64,000 nt of DNA from Chrysemys picta bellii (Eukaryota), in NCBI RefSeq assembly GCF_011386835.1, contig NC_088791.1, positions 348,874,001-348,938,000 of the forward strand. The letters are read 5' to 3'. The position numbers and the translations under genes are program-made. Below the pieces are notes generated by a model, which did not search any database, was not told the origin of the DNA, and saw only the letters and a program-made list of their open reading frames with translations. Of this stretch, positions 36,606 through 48,656 are shown one piece after another. The number at the start of each line of letters is the position of its first letter. Within the stretch, counting starts at the first letter, position 1.

Positions 36606-39400
36606 TGCAGTAATGGGCCCCCGCCCCCACGGGGTGGGAAGAGCAGCCGCTGCTGTTGGAGCCCGGAGAGCGGCACTGGTTAGAAGCTGCTGCTCTTCCC
36701 GGCACCCAGCCTGATGGACAGAACTGGCTGCTCCTGGACCGGGCTCCAAAGTAGGTACCAGCCCCCAGTGTGCCCCGATTTCCCCACCCCAGCCCCTCGG
36801 TCTGGGGACTGACCCTGCCATGTCCTGCTGTGCCCCGATTGGGCAGGCTCCACGTCAGCTCCTCCCAGCCTGGCTCTGCCGGCAACAGGTGAGTCCCGAG
36901 GGATGGGGGAGTGAGCGATGGGGAGGGTACAGGTGGGGCAGGGGGCGGGGCCTCTGGGGGAGGGATGGAATAGGGGTGGGGCCTCAGAGGAAGAGGTGGG
37001 GGGGGCTTCAGGGGAAGAGGTGTGGCAGGGGCGGGCCTCAGGGGAAGAGGCGTGGCAGGGGCGGGGCCTCATGGGAAGGGGTGTGGCAGAGACGTTCGGT
37101 TCTCAGGCATTACAACGTTGCCAAGCCCCGGTGATGAGCCTGGTCCCGTCGCCCTCTCGCTGGCCCTGGTCCCTGCTCAGGCGAGGGGCCGCGCACGCCC
37201 TGCAGTGCCCCATCCCTGACGGATGCAAGGCGGCCCGGGGAGGCCAGGCTGATGCTCACAGCCCCTGGCCTGATTTCCCATTTGGTCCGTCTGAGGGGGG
37301 GACGGGTTGCCAGCCTGGTGGGCGAGGCAGGAGGGGGCACTATCAACCTGCATATATTTGTAGTGGGGGGGGGGCACAATATAAAGGTCTGGCCACCCCC
37401 AAATAGCTTGATCACGCCACACCCGGGCAGGCCCCACCCCCGGAAAGAAGCGTCCCTCGCCCTGCGGTGCCCAGCTGTAGCTCCTGCCTCTCCCCACAGG
37501 GTGCAGGTGCAGTTCTCCTGGCCTCTGAGCTCACTTGACCGGCTCGGCTCCGGCCAGCCGCCTCACAGGGAAGGGGCACGGGGGCACCATGTGACCGAGC
37601 ACGGGGCTGGCTCTGAGTCATCAGGAAACCCACACGCAGGAGTGGGGCAGAGCCAGCCCCACCCTGAGCTCCTGGAGGCTGGGTGCTTTGCAGCCAGGGC
37701 TTCCAAGCGCCCTCTCCCCACCCCGGCTCTGGACACTGAACATTAGCCACCATGTGGCCATGGTTAAATCCCCTCTCTCCCCACCCCCCGCCGGGTCCTT
37801 ATGCAAGACCCGAACAGACAGCAGGGCAGGTGCCCGGCACCACGGGCCAGCAGCAACCCCACAGTGGGTCCAGCACTGCAAGCCTGGGGCAGGGGTGGAA
37901 TTTGTCCCCCAAGTGTGGCCCCGTTGTCCTGGCTGGAGCTGCCCCTGAAGTATGCCTATGCAGGGGGGCCCTTCTTTCTACCCAAAGAGAAAGTGGTAGC
38001 AGCTGCAATTGTGTAGTGTTGCTGCTTATGTTCCACCCCAGAGCTGGCTGCATGTCTGCAATGGGTGAGTGGGTCTGTCTAGAATGAGGTTTGGGGGATT
38101 CTTCTGGATAAAAGAGGCCGGGTATATGTAAGATGTCATTATCCATCTCTTTCCCAAACCAGTTTTCACTTGTCTTCATAATCAAGTCCAAGCAGAGCCC
38201 TTACACACAGGGTGAAGTCCTGCACACTGTGTGAGCACTTTTGTACCTGCCCAATTTAGGTATGTAAATCCCCCGGTGCACACATCGGTTGGGGGGATTT
38301 GCACACTTTTTGTGGACGAGTACAATATAGCCTACACTTCCATGCACTCTGCTGAGGGTTTGGCCCGCACTTTTTCATGTAGATGTCGATATGAACAGCC
38401 ACCCAGGAGGAAAGATCTGGATTATTCTACATTCCCCACTTGCTGTGACTCCCTAGGCGCCAAAACAAATGTGCCGCTGTAGTGACCCAAGTCTCTCACC
38501 TCCCACCTGGGGAGTAAAGTCAGCAGGGGTCATTAGGAGGTATAAATACTCTCACCCAGTTGATCCCGGCTGAGTGCAGCGTCCTGCAGTTTGTGTGTGA
38601 CTTCAGCATGTGCTGAGGGAAGGAGACGCAGCCAGGGTTCAGGTGAGCTGGGGCAGTTTAGATTAAAGCTAATCCAGGATCTTTCTAAATAGGAGATTTT
38701 TAAAGCAAATGGAAAGCTTTGGGCCAAATCTGCTGTCAGTCACCCTGGTGTAAACCTGGAATGATTCTGGATTTACACCTGTATCAGTGAGAGCAGAGTG
38801 AAGTTGGTCATTTAGAAGGGAACTATTTAGTTCCATCAAAAAACAAACAAACAAAAAAAAAACCGATGTGAAGAAACCATTGAGTGTTCCAAAACATCCG
38901 GGATGTTCGGGTTACACACGCAGAGCCACACTTCTCTCCCCTTGTACAATTTTACTGTGAGAGACTCTTTACTGTGTGTCTGCGTTATCATGGGAGATTT
39001 CAGTCTGGGGGACATATGTTTGGGCAGAGAGACAAACAATGATTAGGACAGGGCAGTCCTATAAAACAATCTCAATCGCTTGCTAAACTGGGCTCACTTG
39101 AACAGCGTGCAGTTGATTACAACTAAATGCGAGGTCCTACATTGAGGAACCAGGTCCGTAGATCATACTTACAGGATGGGGGGGCTCTGTTTTAGAAAGC
39201 CCTGACTCAAAAGAGAACTCGGAGTCATGATGTGTAATGAGATGTACTTGAGGTCCCAGTGCAGTGTGGTGATGGAAAGGACAAATGCCCTCCTGGAAGG
39301 TATAAGCCGGGGAATATGGAGTGGAAATAGAGAGGTGTACGGCTTGGAGAGAACATCATTGGACACAGTTTCTAGATCCGGTGTCTACACTTCAAAAAGG
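36606..39400 (+). repeat. Duplicated block X (GC-rich MITEs, unique sequence, CR1 remnant)
   Basis: Paralogous to ~57200-59870; the distal part 38490-39420 also occurs at 51545-52460. Confidence 0.85.
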
Positions 39401-40301
39401 TTGTTGACAAATTGAAAATGGTTCAGAAAACAGCTACAAGAATGATTTCAGATCTGGAAAATGTGGGTTATAGCCAGAGACTAAAGAAGCTCAGTTTATT
39501 TATAAAATAAAAAATAAATAAAAATAAAATATTTAGTTTATCTGAGAGAAAATTAAGAGGTGACTTGATCACAGTCTCTAAGTCCATAGCAGAGAAGAGT
39601 TTTCTGACTGCAGAAGGTTTTTTACTCTAGCAGACAAAGGCAGAATGAGATCCAGTGGCTGGGAACTGAGACTAGACAAATTGAGACTAGAAACAAGGCG
39701 CACATTCCTAGAGCAAGGGGAACTAACATTTGGAGCAACTTAGCTAGGGATGTGGATGGATCGCCATCGCCTGAAGTCTTTAAATCAAGACTTGACGCCT
39801 TTCTCAGTGCTATGCTCTAACTCCAAGAGATGTTATGGGCTAGATGTAGAACTCACCTGGTGAAATTCTGTGGCCTGTGTTATTCAGGAGGTCAGAGCAG
39901 GTGATCAGAATGGTCCATTCTTGCCTTAAAATCTATGACTCTATAATTATTTGATCACAGTTTTTCTCAGTTAATGAAATTATTATTATTTTTTTCTACC
40001 ACCTTAGATAAATATGGGCTGTAGCATCTTGTAATATTTTTTCCCTGTCTCAAAATAGTCTCTGCATCTCTGTTGATTTGGATTTTTATAGCATAAGATT
40101 TCTTCTCTCCAAAGTCTGTTTTGAATACGTGTGCCGCAGCCATGTACCACACTACAACCCTCCTGCTGCAATATGAATAGGCAGAAAGGGATTCATCTGA
40201 ATCTCTTTGCTTTTGGAACTGACGTTGACAAATTGAAAAGGGTTCAGAAAAGAGCTACAAGAATGATTTCAGATCTGGAAAATGTGGGTTATAGCCAGAG
40301 A

Positions 40302-40439
40302 GTATGGCTTGCATCTGAAGAAGTGAGGTTCTTACCCACGAAAGCTTATGCTCCCAATACTTCTGTTAGTCTCAAAGGTGCCACAGGACCCTCTGTTGCT
40401 TTTTACAGATCCAGACTAACACGGCTACCCCTCTGATAC
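40302..40439 (+). mobile_element. 138-bp Penelope terminal fragment
   Basis: Inserted between agccagaga and ctaaagaagc; the empty site is present in copy A (~39471-39490). Confidence 0.85.
40311..40351 (+). ncRNA. Minimal type I hammerhead ribozyme motif
   Basis: gcatCTGAAGAagtgaggttcttacccacGAAAgcttatgc, identical to 1347-1387. Confidence 0.65.
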
Positions 40440-41147
40440 CTAAAGAAGCTCAGTCTATTTAGTTTATCCGAGAGAAGGTTAAGAGGTGACTTGATCACAG
40501 TCTCTAAGTCCATAGAAGGGAAGAGATTTCTGACTGCAGAAGGTTCTTTAATCTATTAGACAAAGGCAGAATGAGATCCAGTGGCTGGGAACTGAGACTA
40601 GACAAATTGAGACTAGAAACAAGGTGCACATTCGAAGAGGAAGGTGAACTAACATTTGGAACAACTTAGCTAGGGATGTGGTTGGATCGCCATCGCCTGA
40701 AGTCTTTAAATCAAGACTTGACGCCTTTCTCAGCGATACGCTCTAACTCCAAGAGATGTTATGGGCTTGAGGCAGAACTCACCTGGTGAAATTATGTGGC
40801 CTGTGTTATTCAGGAGGTCAGAGCAGGTGATCAGAATGGTCCCTTCTTGCCTTAAAATCTATGGCTCCATAATTATTTGATCACAATTTTTTCTCAGTTA
40901 ATGAAAAAATTATTTTTTTTCTACCACCTTAGATAAATATGGGCTGTAGCATCTTGTAATATTTTTTCCCTGTCTCAAAATTGTCTCTGCATCTCTGTTG
41001 ATTTGGACTATATCATAAGATTTCTTCTCTCCAAAGTCTGTTTTGAATACATGTGTGCTGCAGCCATGTACCACACTACAACCCTCCTGCTGCAATATGA
41101 ATAGGCAGAAATGGATTCATCTGAATCTCTTTGCTTCTGGAACTGAT

Positions 41148-41535
41148 GGTATGTCCACCTTTACGGCAGCACGTGGAGTGCTGACACTGCATTCCCGGCT
41201 AGCATGGGGATGAATAGCCGTGTGGATGGAGAGGCCCTGCTTAGACACGTAGAGTACGGGTCTGGCGGAACTTTAAGGTCTACACCCTACACAATTCTCC
41301 ACACACCCACGCCGTGCTCCCATATCCACCATTGAGTGTCCCACTGCCTCCCTGCTGCCGGAGCCTTTCCCCATTGCAATGAAAGGCTCCAGCAGTGGGG
41401 AAAGGCTCTGGCAGTGAGGAGCCTTTCCCCGCTGCCTCCCCACTGCCAGAGCCCTTCACTGCCATGTGTAGTTACACACCTGCTTTTCAGTGCGGTGTGT
41501 AGCTACACAGACCTACAAGCCGAGTGTAGACAAAG
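41148..41535. mobile_element. PIF/Harbinger-type MITE
   Basis: Ends ggtatgtccacc ... agtgtagacaaagc with internal inverted symmetry. Confidence 0.55.
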
Positions 41536-41740
41536 CTTCAAGAAGACATTGCATAAGTCAGACTTTCTCGGTGTGACATTTCTAGTTTTCCCCAAGCCAG
41601 AAACAGTGTAAGCGTAGCCTGATAGTCCTGCAGTATTTCAGTGGATGGGGCTGGAGTGCTTTATAGGCCTGGGAGCAGGGAGTTTTCGCTGTGTGACTGA
41701 CTAGTTTTGAGCCCTCTGACAAGTATTGTACAACATGCTA

Positions 41741-43285
41741 TATAAGAATGGTCATACTGGGTGAGACCATTGGCCTGACTAGCCCAGTGTCCTGTCTTCG
41801 ACAGTGGCCAATGGCAGATGCTTCAGAGGCAATGTACAGAACAGGGTAATAATTGAGTGATCCTTTTTCTGTCATCCAGTCCCAGCTTCTGCCAGTTAGA
41901 GGCTTAGGACACCCAGATCATGGAGTTGCATCTCTGACCATCTGGACTGATGGCCATTGATGGACCTATCCTCCGGGAACGGATCTCATTGTTTTTTGAA
42001 CCCAGTTAGACTTTTGACCTTCACACCATCCCCTGGCAACAAGTTCCCCTGGTTGACTGTGTGCTGTGTGAAGAAGTACTTCCTCCTGTTTGTTTTAAAC
42101 CCGCTGCCTATTAATTTCATTGGGTGACCCCTGGTTCTTTTATTATGAGAAGGAGTAAATAGCACTTCCCTGTTCACTTTCTCCACACCAGTCATGATTT
42201 TATAGACCTCTATCATATCCCCCCTTAAGTCATCTTTTCCCTTCTCTGTGCCTTTTCCAATTCAAATATACAGTGCCATTATGATATTTTCAGTTTTATT
42301 ATCTATCCCTTTCCAAATGGTTCCTAACATTCTGTTTGCTTTTTTGACTACCGCTGCACATTGTGTGGATGTTTTTAGAGCACTAGTCACAATAACTCCA
42401 AGATCTTTCTTGAGTGGTAACAGCTAATTTAGACCCCATCATTTTCTATGTATAGTTGGGATTATGTTTTCCAATGGGAATTACTTTGCATTTATCAATG
42501 ATGAATTTCATCTGCTCTTTTGTTGGCCTGTCACCCAGTTTTGTGAGATCCCTTTGTAACTCTTCACAGTCTTGTTTGGACTTAACTGTCTTGAGTAATT
42601 TTGTATCATCTGCTAATGTTGCCACCTCACTCACTGTTTACTCCTTTTTCCAGAGCATTTATGAATATGTTGAACATCACTGATCTGAGCAGGGCCTGCT
42701 CCAGGCACCAGCTTGGCAAGCAGGTGCTTGGGGCAGCCACTTCGGGGAGGGGCGGCACGTCCAGCTATTCGGCGGCAATTTGGCAATTCACTCCCACTCG
42801 GCGCGAAGGACCTCCCGCCGAATTGCCACTGCAGATCACGATAGCAATCGTGGCTTTTTTTTTTTTTTTTGGCTCCTTGGGGCGGCCAAATCCCTGGAGC
42901 CGGCCCTGGTTCTGAGTACAGATCCCTGGGGAGAAGTGCTATTTATTTTTCTCCATTGTGGAAACTGATATTTATTCCTACTTTTGTTTCCTGTCTTTTA
43001 ACCAGTTATTGACCCAGGAGAGGACCTTCCCTCCTATCCCATAACTTACATTTCTTAAAAGCCTTTTGTGAGGAACCTTGTCAAAGGCTTTCTGAAAATC
43101 TAAATACACTATGTCACTGGATCATCCTTCCCCACATGTTTGTTGACCTCTTCAAAGAGTTCTACTAGGCTGGTGAGACATGGTTTCCCTTTACAAAAAA
43201 CAGGTTGACTCTTTCCCAACAAATCTTGTTGATCTATGTGTCTGATAATTCTGTTCTTAACTATAGTTTCCATCAATTCACCTAA
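41741..43285 (-). mobile_element. Decayed CR1 LINE 3' portion
   Basis: Minus-strand peptides [17 protein letters not shown]...[11 protein letters not shown] and LADDTKLLKTVKSKQDCEELQRDL. Confidence 0.9.
42690..42908. mobile_element. hAT MITE inside CR1
   Basis: TIRs cagggcctgctccagg / cctggagccggccctg; 8-bp TSD gatctgag / gttctgag. Confidence 0.85.
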
Positions 43286-43971
43286 TGCAGGCTCATGCTT
43301 CTCGGGGTACCGCGCTAAGAATAGCTGTGTAGATGTTGAGGCTCGGGCTCTGAAGTTGGTGGGCTACAGCATCTATACTCAGCTTGTTTTAGCGAGGTGC
43401 CCCGAGTCTGTCGATCCGAGCTCTGAGACTTGCTGTTGGGGGCTGCCACTTGCTTTTGTAGATGTACCCATGGTCATCGCTGAGATCAAAATAGCACTAC
43501 TCATGCATGTTCCCCGATGTACTACGTACATCCAGGCTGAAAACCCAGAATGTGCTGCTGAATGTACCAGGCACATCTTGCTACATGCAGCTTAACATGC
43601 CAGGTATTTCTAGGCTGAAAATATGTGCCGTGCGGCCAGATATACTAGGTACTTCACGGGAGAATGCACACTAAACAATGTGCATCTCCTAGCAGCAAGG
43701 TACACCAGGTAGGATACCTGTAACCAAGTGGGGTTCGTAACTCATGACTTGTAATGACATTCTAAGAACTCTAAATGATTTTGCATAGAAAAAATATAAG
43801 GCTTTGTGTGATTAGTGTTATTACAACATGACTGATGAACTCCACAAGAGGTCAATCCACTTCTTCCAGAGCTGAGACTGGCCCCTAGCGTGTATTTCAT
43901 TTACAGGGTCTGTTCATTCCATGTGTTATGTTTTATTGAAAGGAAAGACATTGATGTCAGACTTGCAAAAG

Positions 43972-44934
43972 ATGCCACAAGAAGACAACCTGTTAAGCTC
44001 CAACGGCACAGGTGCTGATCCATCAGTGTTCTTCCTGACAGGCATCCCGGGGCTGGAAGCCCTGCACCTCTGGATCTCCATCCCCTTCTCCTCAGTGTTC
44101 ATCGTGACCCTTCTAGGAAACACCACCCTCTTGTATGTTATCAAGACAGAGCCCTCCCTACACAAACCCATGTTCTATTTCCTTGCCATGCTGGCCGCCA
44201 TCAACCTTGTTTTATCCGCAACCACCATACCGAAAATACTGAGCATCTTCTGGTTTAATTCCAGGGAGATCAGCTTTAACGGCTGCCTGGTGCAGATGTT
44301 TTTCATTCACTCGTTGTCCATCCTGGAATCTGCTGTGCTGCTGGCCATGGCCTTTGACAGGTACGTGGCCATCTGCAACCCCCTGAGGTACGCCACCATC
44401 CTGACCAATTCAGTGATAGCAAAGATAGGGCTGGTGGCTTTGGCCCGGGCTGTTCTGCTAATGCTCCCTCTGCCCTTCCTCCTCAGGAGGCTGCCCTACT
44501 GCCGGTCCCACGTCATCTCCCATAGCTGCTGTGAGCACATGGCCGTGTTGGAGCTGGCTTGTGCCAACACCAGGTTCAATAACATCTATGGGATCATCGT
44601 AGCTCTCTTCATCGTGGGGCTGGATCTGATATTCATCTCCCTATCGTATATCAAGATCCTGAGGGCTGTTTTAAGCCTGGCATCCAAGGAAGAGCAGCTC
44701 AAGGCTTTCGGCACCTGTGTTGCCCACCTTTGCGCCATCTTAGTGGTCTACACGCCAGGGGTTCTCTCCTCAACAATTTATAGGTTTGGCCAGGGAGTCG
44801 CACCGCACGTACACATCCTGCTGGCCAATTTCTACATCCTCTTTCCTCCCATGATGAACCCCATCGTGTACGGTGTGAAAACCAAACAGATTCGTGACAG
44901 AGTTCGTCTCCTGTTCCGAGGCAAAAGCTTCTAG
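43972..44934 (+). CDS. OR52-like: Class I olfactory receptor, OR52 family-like (OR4), 320 aa, ORF intact
   Basis: ATG 43972 (MPQEDNL) is equivalent to the other starts; upstream in-frame ATGs at 43921 and 43954. OR motifs present, with D2.50N and HSCCEHM variants. Confidence 0.93.
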   Translation: MPQEDNLLSSNGTGADPSVFFLTGIPGLEALHLWISIPFSSVFIVTLLGNTTLLYVIKTEPSLHKPMFYFLAMLAAINLVLSATTIPKILSIFWFNSREISFNGCLVQMFFIHSLSILESAVLLAMAFDRYVAICNPLRYATILTNSVIAKIGLVALARAVLLMLPLPFLLRRLPYCRSHVISHSCCEHMAVLELACANTRFNNIYGIIVALFIVGLDLIFISLSYIKILRAVLSLASKEEQLKAFGTCVAHLCAILVVYTPGVLSSTIYRFGQGVAPHVHILLANFYILFPPMMNPIVYGVKTKQIRDRVRLLFRGKSF

Positions 44935-45557
44935 GCTGCACCTTGTGTGGAGTTTAGTGCTGGGAAACCCATCTGCAAGTTCCCCATCCCCTTAAATGCA
45001 CAGGGATTGTTAATTCTGATGTATCTTTCTGCAGCATCTTGCATCCTAAACAATTTTAAAGCTCTTCACAAACCATGGAGTGAAAGGTCTGTGCATGCTG
45101 GCGTGGGAATGCCGTCACCTTTGCAGGAGGTGCAGCATACAGTCCCCGTGTTCTCCCTGAGCTGTGGTGGTCACCATGGAAGATACACTTGGCTGTGGTC
45201 CTGCATCACTTGCAAGAGGGCTAGGCCTGCTCACTCCTTTAATGTAGGGAGGTGAAGTGTCTTACCTAACCTCACCCAGCAGCCCAATGACTGAATTAAG
45301 AATTGATCCTAGGTCTCTGGCATCCCGGGGCAGTGCTCTATCCACTGAGCCCTGCTGCCTCCATGACAATGAGATTATTTCAATTTTAATAAGATGATTT
45401 CCTGGGTTGCAATGTGTATGACATGGCGTTTCGCTCATAGACAGTTCCCTATCCTATTATCTTTCAATCTAACTGAAGAATCTTGAACAGAACTTCAATA
45501 CAATTCACCACCTCATTTTTGGCTGAAATAAGGCCCAACCCAATTCTTACAAAATCA

Positions 45558-45657
45558 GTGACCTGAAGAAGAACTCTGTATAGCTCAAAAACTTGTGTCT
45601 TTCACCAGCAGAAATTGGTCCAATAAAAGATATTACCTCCCACACCTTGTCTCTCTA
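45558..45657 (+). mobile_element. Second Penelope-type terminal fragment (decayed)
   Basis: gacctgaagaagaactctgtatagctcaaaaacttg...ttggtccaataaaagatattacc; reverse copy at ~62495-62591. Confidence 0.55.
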
Positions 45658-46022
45658 GATCAATGGGAGTCCATCCATTCGCTTCAATGGGCTCATGTCG
45701 TTAATGAGTGTGAATTAGGATCCTGTTTTAGCCCCTTTCACCCAGAAGGATCAAAAAGTTCTGTAAGAACTGTGGGGCTAGTCCTCAGATGTGATGAACT
45801 CCCACAATTCTCATTGGCTACAGTGGGAGTTCATTGGTCCCCATCTGTCAGGATAAGACCACATATTAGTGTAGGCTACCCTAGAAAGCCTTTGCCAGTA
45901 TAACTACACCAGCAGAACCTTCTGTATACTAGCATAAGGAGATCTTTTATTAGTATAAGCAAACCTCCTCTTTGAATGATATAAACTATATTGTCAAAGG
46001 ACTCTTTTGTGGATATAGTTGT

Positions 46023-46951
46023 TGTGACGGGATGTACTCCGTTGTTGAAGCCTGGAAGCTGTTAGAACCGCTGTGTCCCCTAACTATTCCGTTAGGTGGG
46101 TCTCTTACAGTGCCCTGCTGATAACCTACAGCCAGCCCCTCCAGGTCCTGTTATCACCCAACACAAGCGCAGGTGGCTCCACACCCCCAACTGAGTTACC
46201 TGAGTGTTTTACCTAAGCCACTCATGGACCATCATTGGAGGCACCAGTCAACTTCCCAGCTCCCCAGCCTTGCACCCCTACTGAAATATAAACCCAGAAT
46301 CAGACTGCAGAGGGATCTGTATGGTGCATGCTCATTAATTAGCCCGCTCCCCCTCTGGATGTGGGGAAGATCTGCACCGGCCTTTGCTAACAGAGCTAAG
46401 ATTCCCAAACACTTCACTCAAAAACACACTGATTAAGATAAAACATAAATCAGTTTATTAACTACAGAAAGACAGATGATAAGTGATAACGAACACATCA
46501 AAGCAGCTTCCCTTGGAAATCAAACAAAATCACAATCTAAGCCTAATACAAACTAGACAGGATTTGAATCAGCAATATCTCACCCTGGCTGATGATACAA
46601 GCAGGCTTACAGAGTCTTGAGGCACAGGCTGCATGTAGTATTTCCTTATACAGAGTTCCTGTGCTAGTAAATCTTCCCTAGATGGGTGTTGATGACAGCG
46701 CTTAACGCTGTCTGGCTACTCCATTGTTGTAACTGACAGGCTCATTTTGGGTGTCTCCAGCCTCACATCACATTTAAGTAATTCAAATAACAAGATTGCA
46801 TAGCTTCATATACAATGATCACACATACAATCCACCGAGATATTAATGTTGAGCAGATCAGGACTTTTAGAATGATACCTCACAAGGTACAAAACGTATC
46901 ATAATTCCATCACCATGGTAAATGTGGGGTGCTTTGGGGTGCAGTGTCACA
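46023..46951 (-). mobile_element. Solo LTR with 5-bp TSD
   Basis: TGT...ACA termini; GTTGT at 46018-46022 and 46952-46956; AATAAA on the minus strand. Confidence 0.88.
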
Positions 46952-47851
46952 GTTGTGTCTACACAGGGGTTTTCCAGGCATGGCTATGTCTATCAGGGGT
47001 GTGTATTTTTCACACTCCTGACTGGAATAGCTGTGCCAACAAACCTCTCTAGTGTAGACCTGGCCTATGCCATCGGGGTCTGGAGAATCAGTTCATTTTA
47101 AGTCTGTGTGCGTGTTAGGGGCATGGGGACGGGGAAGCAGAGAGTGTCTAATCTTCATATTTCAAATATTTGTATTTGTTCTTATGTGTTTTGAAGGAGG
47201 GTCCCTAATTGCTCATGAAGCCGGGTGTATAGGGCTAAAATAATATGAGATCCGAGCTGCGTTCTATTTCCAGAAATAAAGAGTAAAATGCGGTGTGGTC
47301 AAATAATTTGTATTTTATATTAGAGGGAAAAAACAACAAGAAAAAATCCAAAGAAAAGTCTCCAAGAGGAAGCGGGAGAGAGAAGACTCTTAAAATATTT
47401 AAACAAGCCATGTAACCGAACCCTTCTAGTATCTCTGTGGAGCAGAGCGTTTGAAATCTAAGTTCGCTTGCTTCCAGGCTCTCTGCCTAGGATTCATATA
47501 AATGCTACTGTCTCTCCTCTCCAGGGCTTTACCCCACGTAAGCACTTTTACTTGCTTGCTTTATGAAATGAAGATTTAAGCTAGTTCAATAAACTCTTTA
47601 GGAAACCTCTGACTTTAAGCAGCAACTGAATGCCAGTCTAACATGTGTGGCTAAGATGACGCCTCTCTCGCTATAAAACATGTATGATCTCCCTGTTTGC
47701 TTACACAGATCTCGGAATGTAATTTTACAGCTTCTACTTTGTTTCTAAACATATATAAGAGTTTTCTTTATATTATGTGTGAAAGACAGCTAGAAATGTG
47801 AATTCAGGTGATTTCTGCCTGACATAGAATATTTGAAAGAAGTTTCTAATT

Positions 47852-48404
47852 CAGTGGTCCCCAAAATTTTGAGGGTCATGCCCCCCTTACCTCTGTCCAC
47901 ACCCCATGTCCCACCCCACGTCCCAGAGCTGGGCTGGGAGCAGGGCTGTGGCTCGGGGGTGGGGGGACAACATGAACAGGTGTGTGGGGGCTAAGACTGG
48001 GGCCGCAGCTGGGGGTGGGTTTGGGGCTGGGAGTGGAGCCATGGCCAGGTGCAGCTCCACACCTGGCCTCGCCACCAGGCCAAGAATGGAGCCACAGCCA
48101 GCGGCTGAGGCTGGGGGCTGGCGCAGGGCCAGGAGTGGAGCAGCCACCAGGCCTTGGTGGGGGCCAGCAGCTGGGACCTCAGCTGGGTGCAGACTCCTGC
48201 CGAAGCTAGGGACGGGGCCAGGCGCAAGGCCGGGAGCCAGGGACATGGCTGGGGGTGGTACCAGGGCAGACATGGGGGCAGGAAGAGTCTGGGTGGTGCG
48301 TCCTCTCCACCCCCGGTGGGGGCTGGCTTGGGCCCTGCCATGCCCTCCTGGACGTTCCTTCATGCCCCCCCAGGGGAGTGCCCCCCACAGTTTGGGGATC
48401 TCTG
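47852..48404. mobile_element. hAT MITE
   Basis: TIRs cagtggtccccaaa / tttggggatctctg; 8-bp TSD ttctaatt / ctctaatt. Confidence 0.8.
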
Positions 48405-48656
48405 CTCTAATTGTAAACGTGGTTATTAAAAACTGTAGGTTATAAATGAACAAACCAGTTGATCAGAAGTGAAATATCAGAAAAGTGTTTGTTCAAGAAG
48501 AATCACGTGTGACTCAAAATAGCGGGGGAGTCACCGCCTTGAATTGGTACCGAAACAGTTATAACGAGTTACCCTCCCAGACTTTGCTTCTCTATACTCT
48601 GAACTATATTGACCTGGGATAAAATCACTTGTAACTCAACAGCTTAAAAACACCCC

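Larger units (their letters stand above)
39403..41146 (+). repeat. Local tandem duplication of ~821 bp (CR1 3' fragment plus flank)
   Basis: Copy A 39403-40223 and copy B 40224-41146; both begin gttgacaaattgaaaa and end ggaactga. Confidence 0.9.

Noticed and set aside
36930-37085. G-run repeats with G-quadruplex potential
   Set aside because: Internal degenerate repeats of a common GC-rich MITE; nothing locus-specific.
34797-37950. Dense cluster of GC-rich 100-200 aa ORFs on both strands (also 24.5-25.3 kb, 47.9-48.4 kb and 56.6-59.0 kb)
   Set aside because: Low stop-codon frequency in GC-rich MITE sequence; no recognisable domains, and frames are not preserved between paralogous copies.
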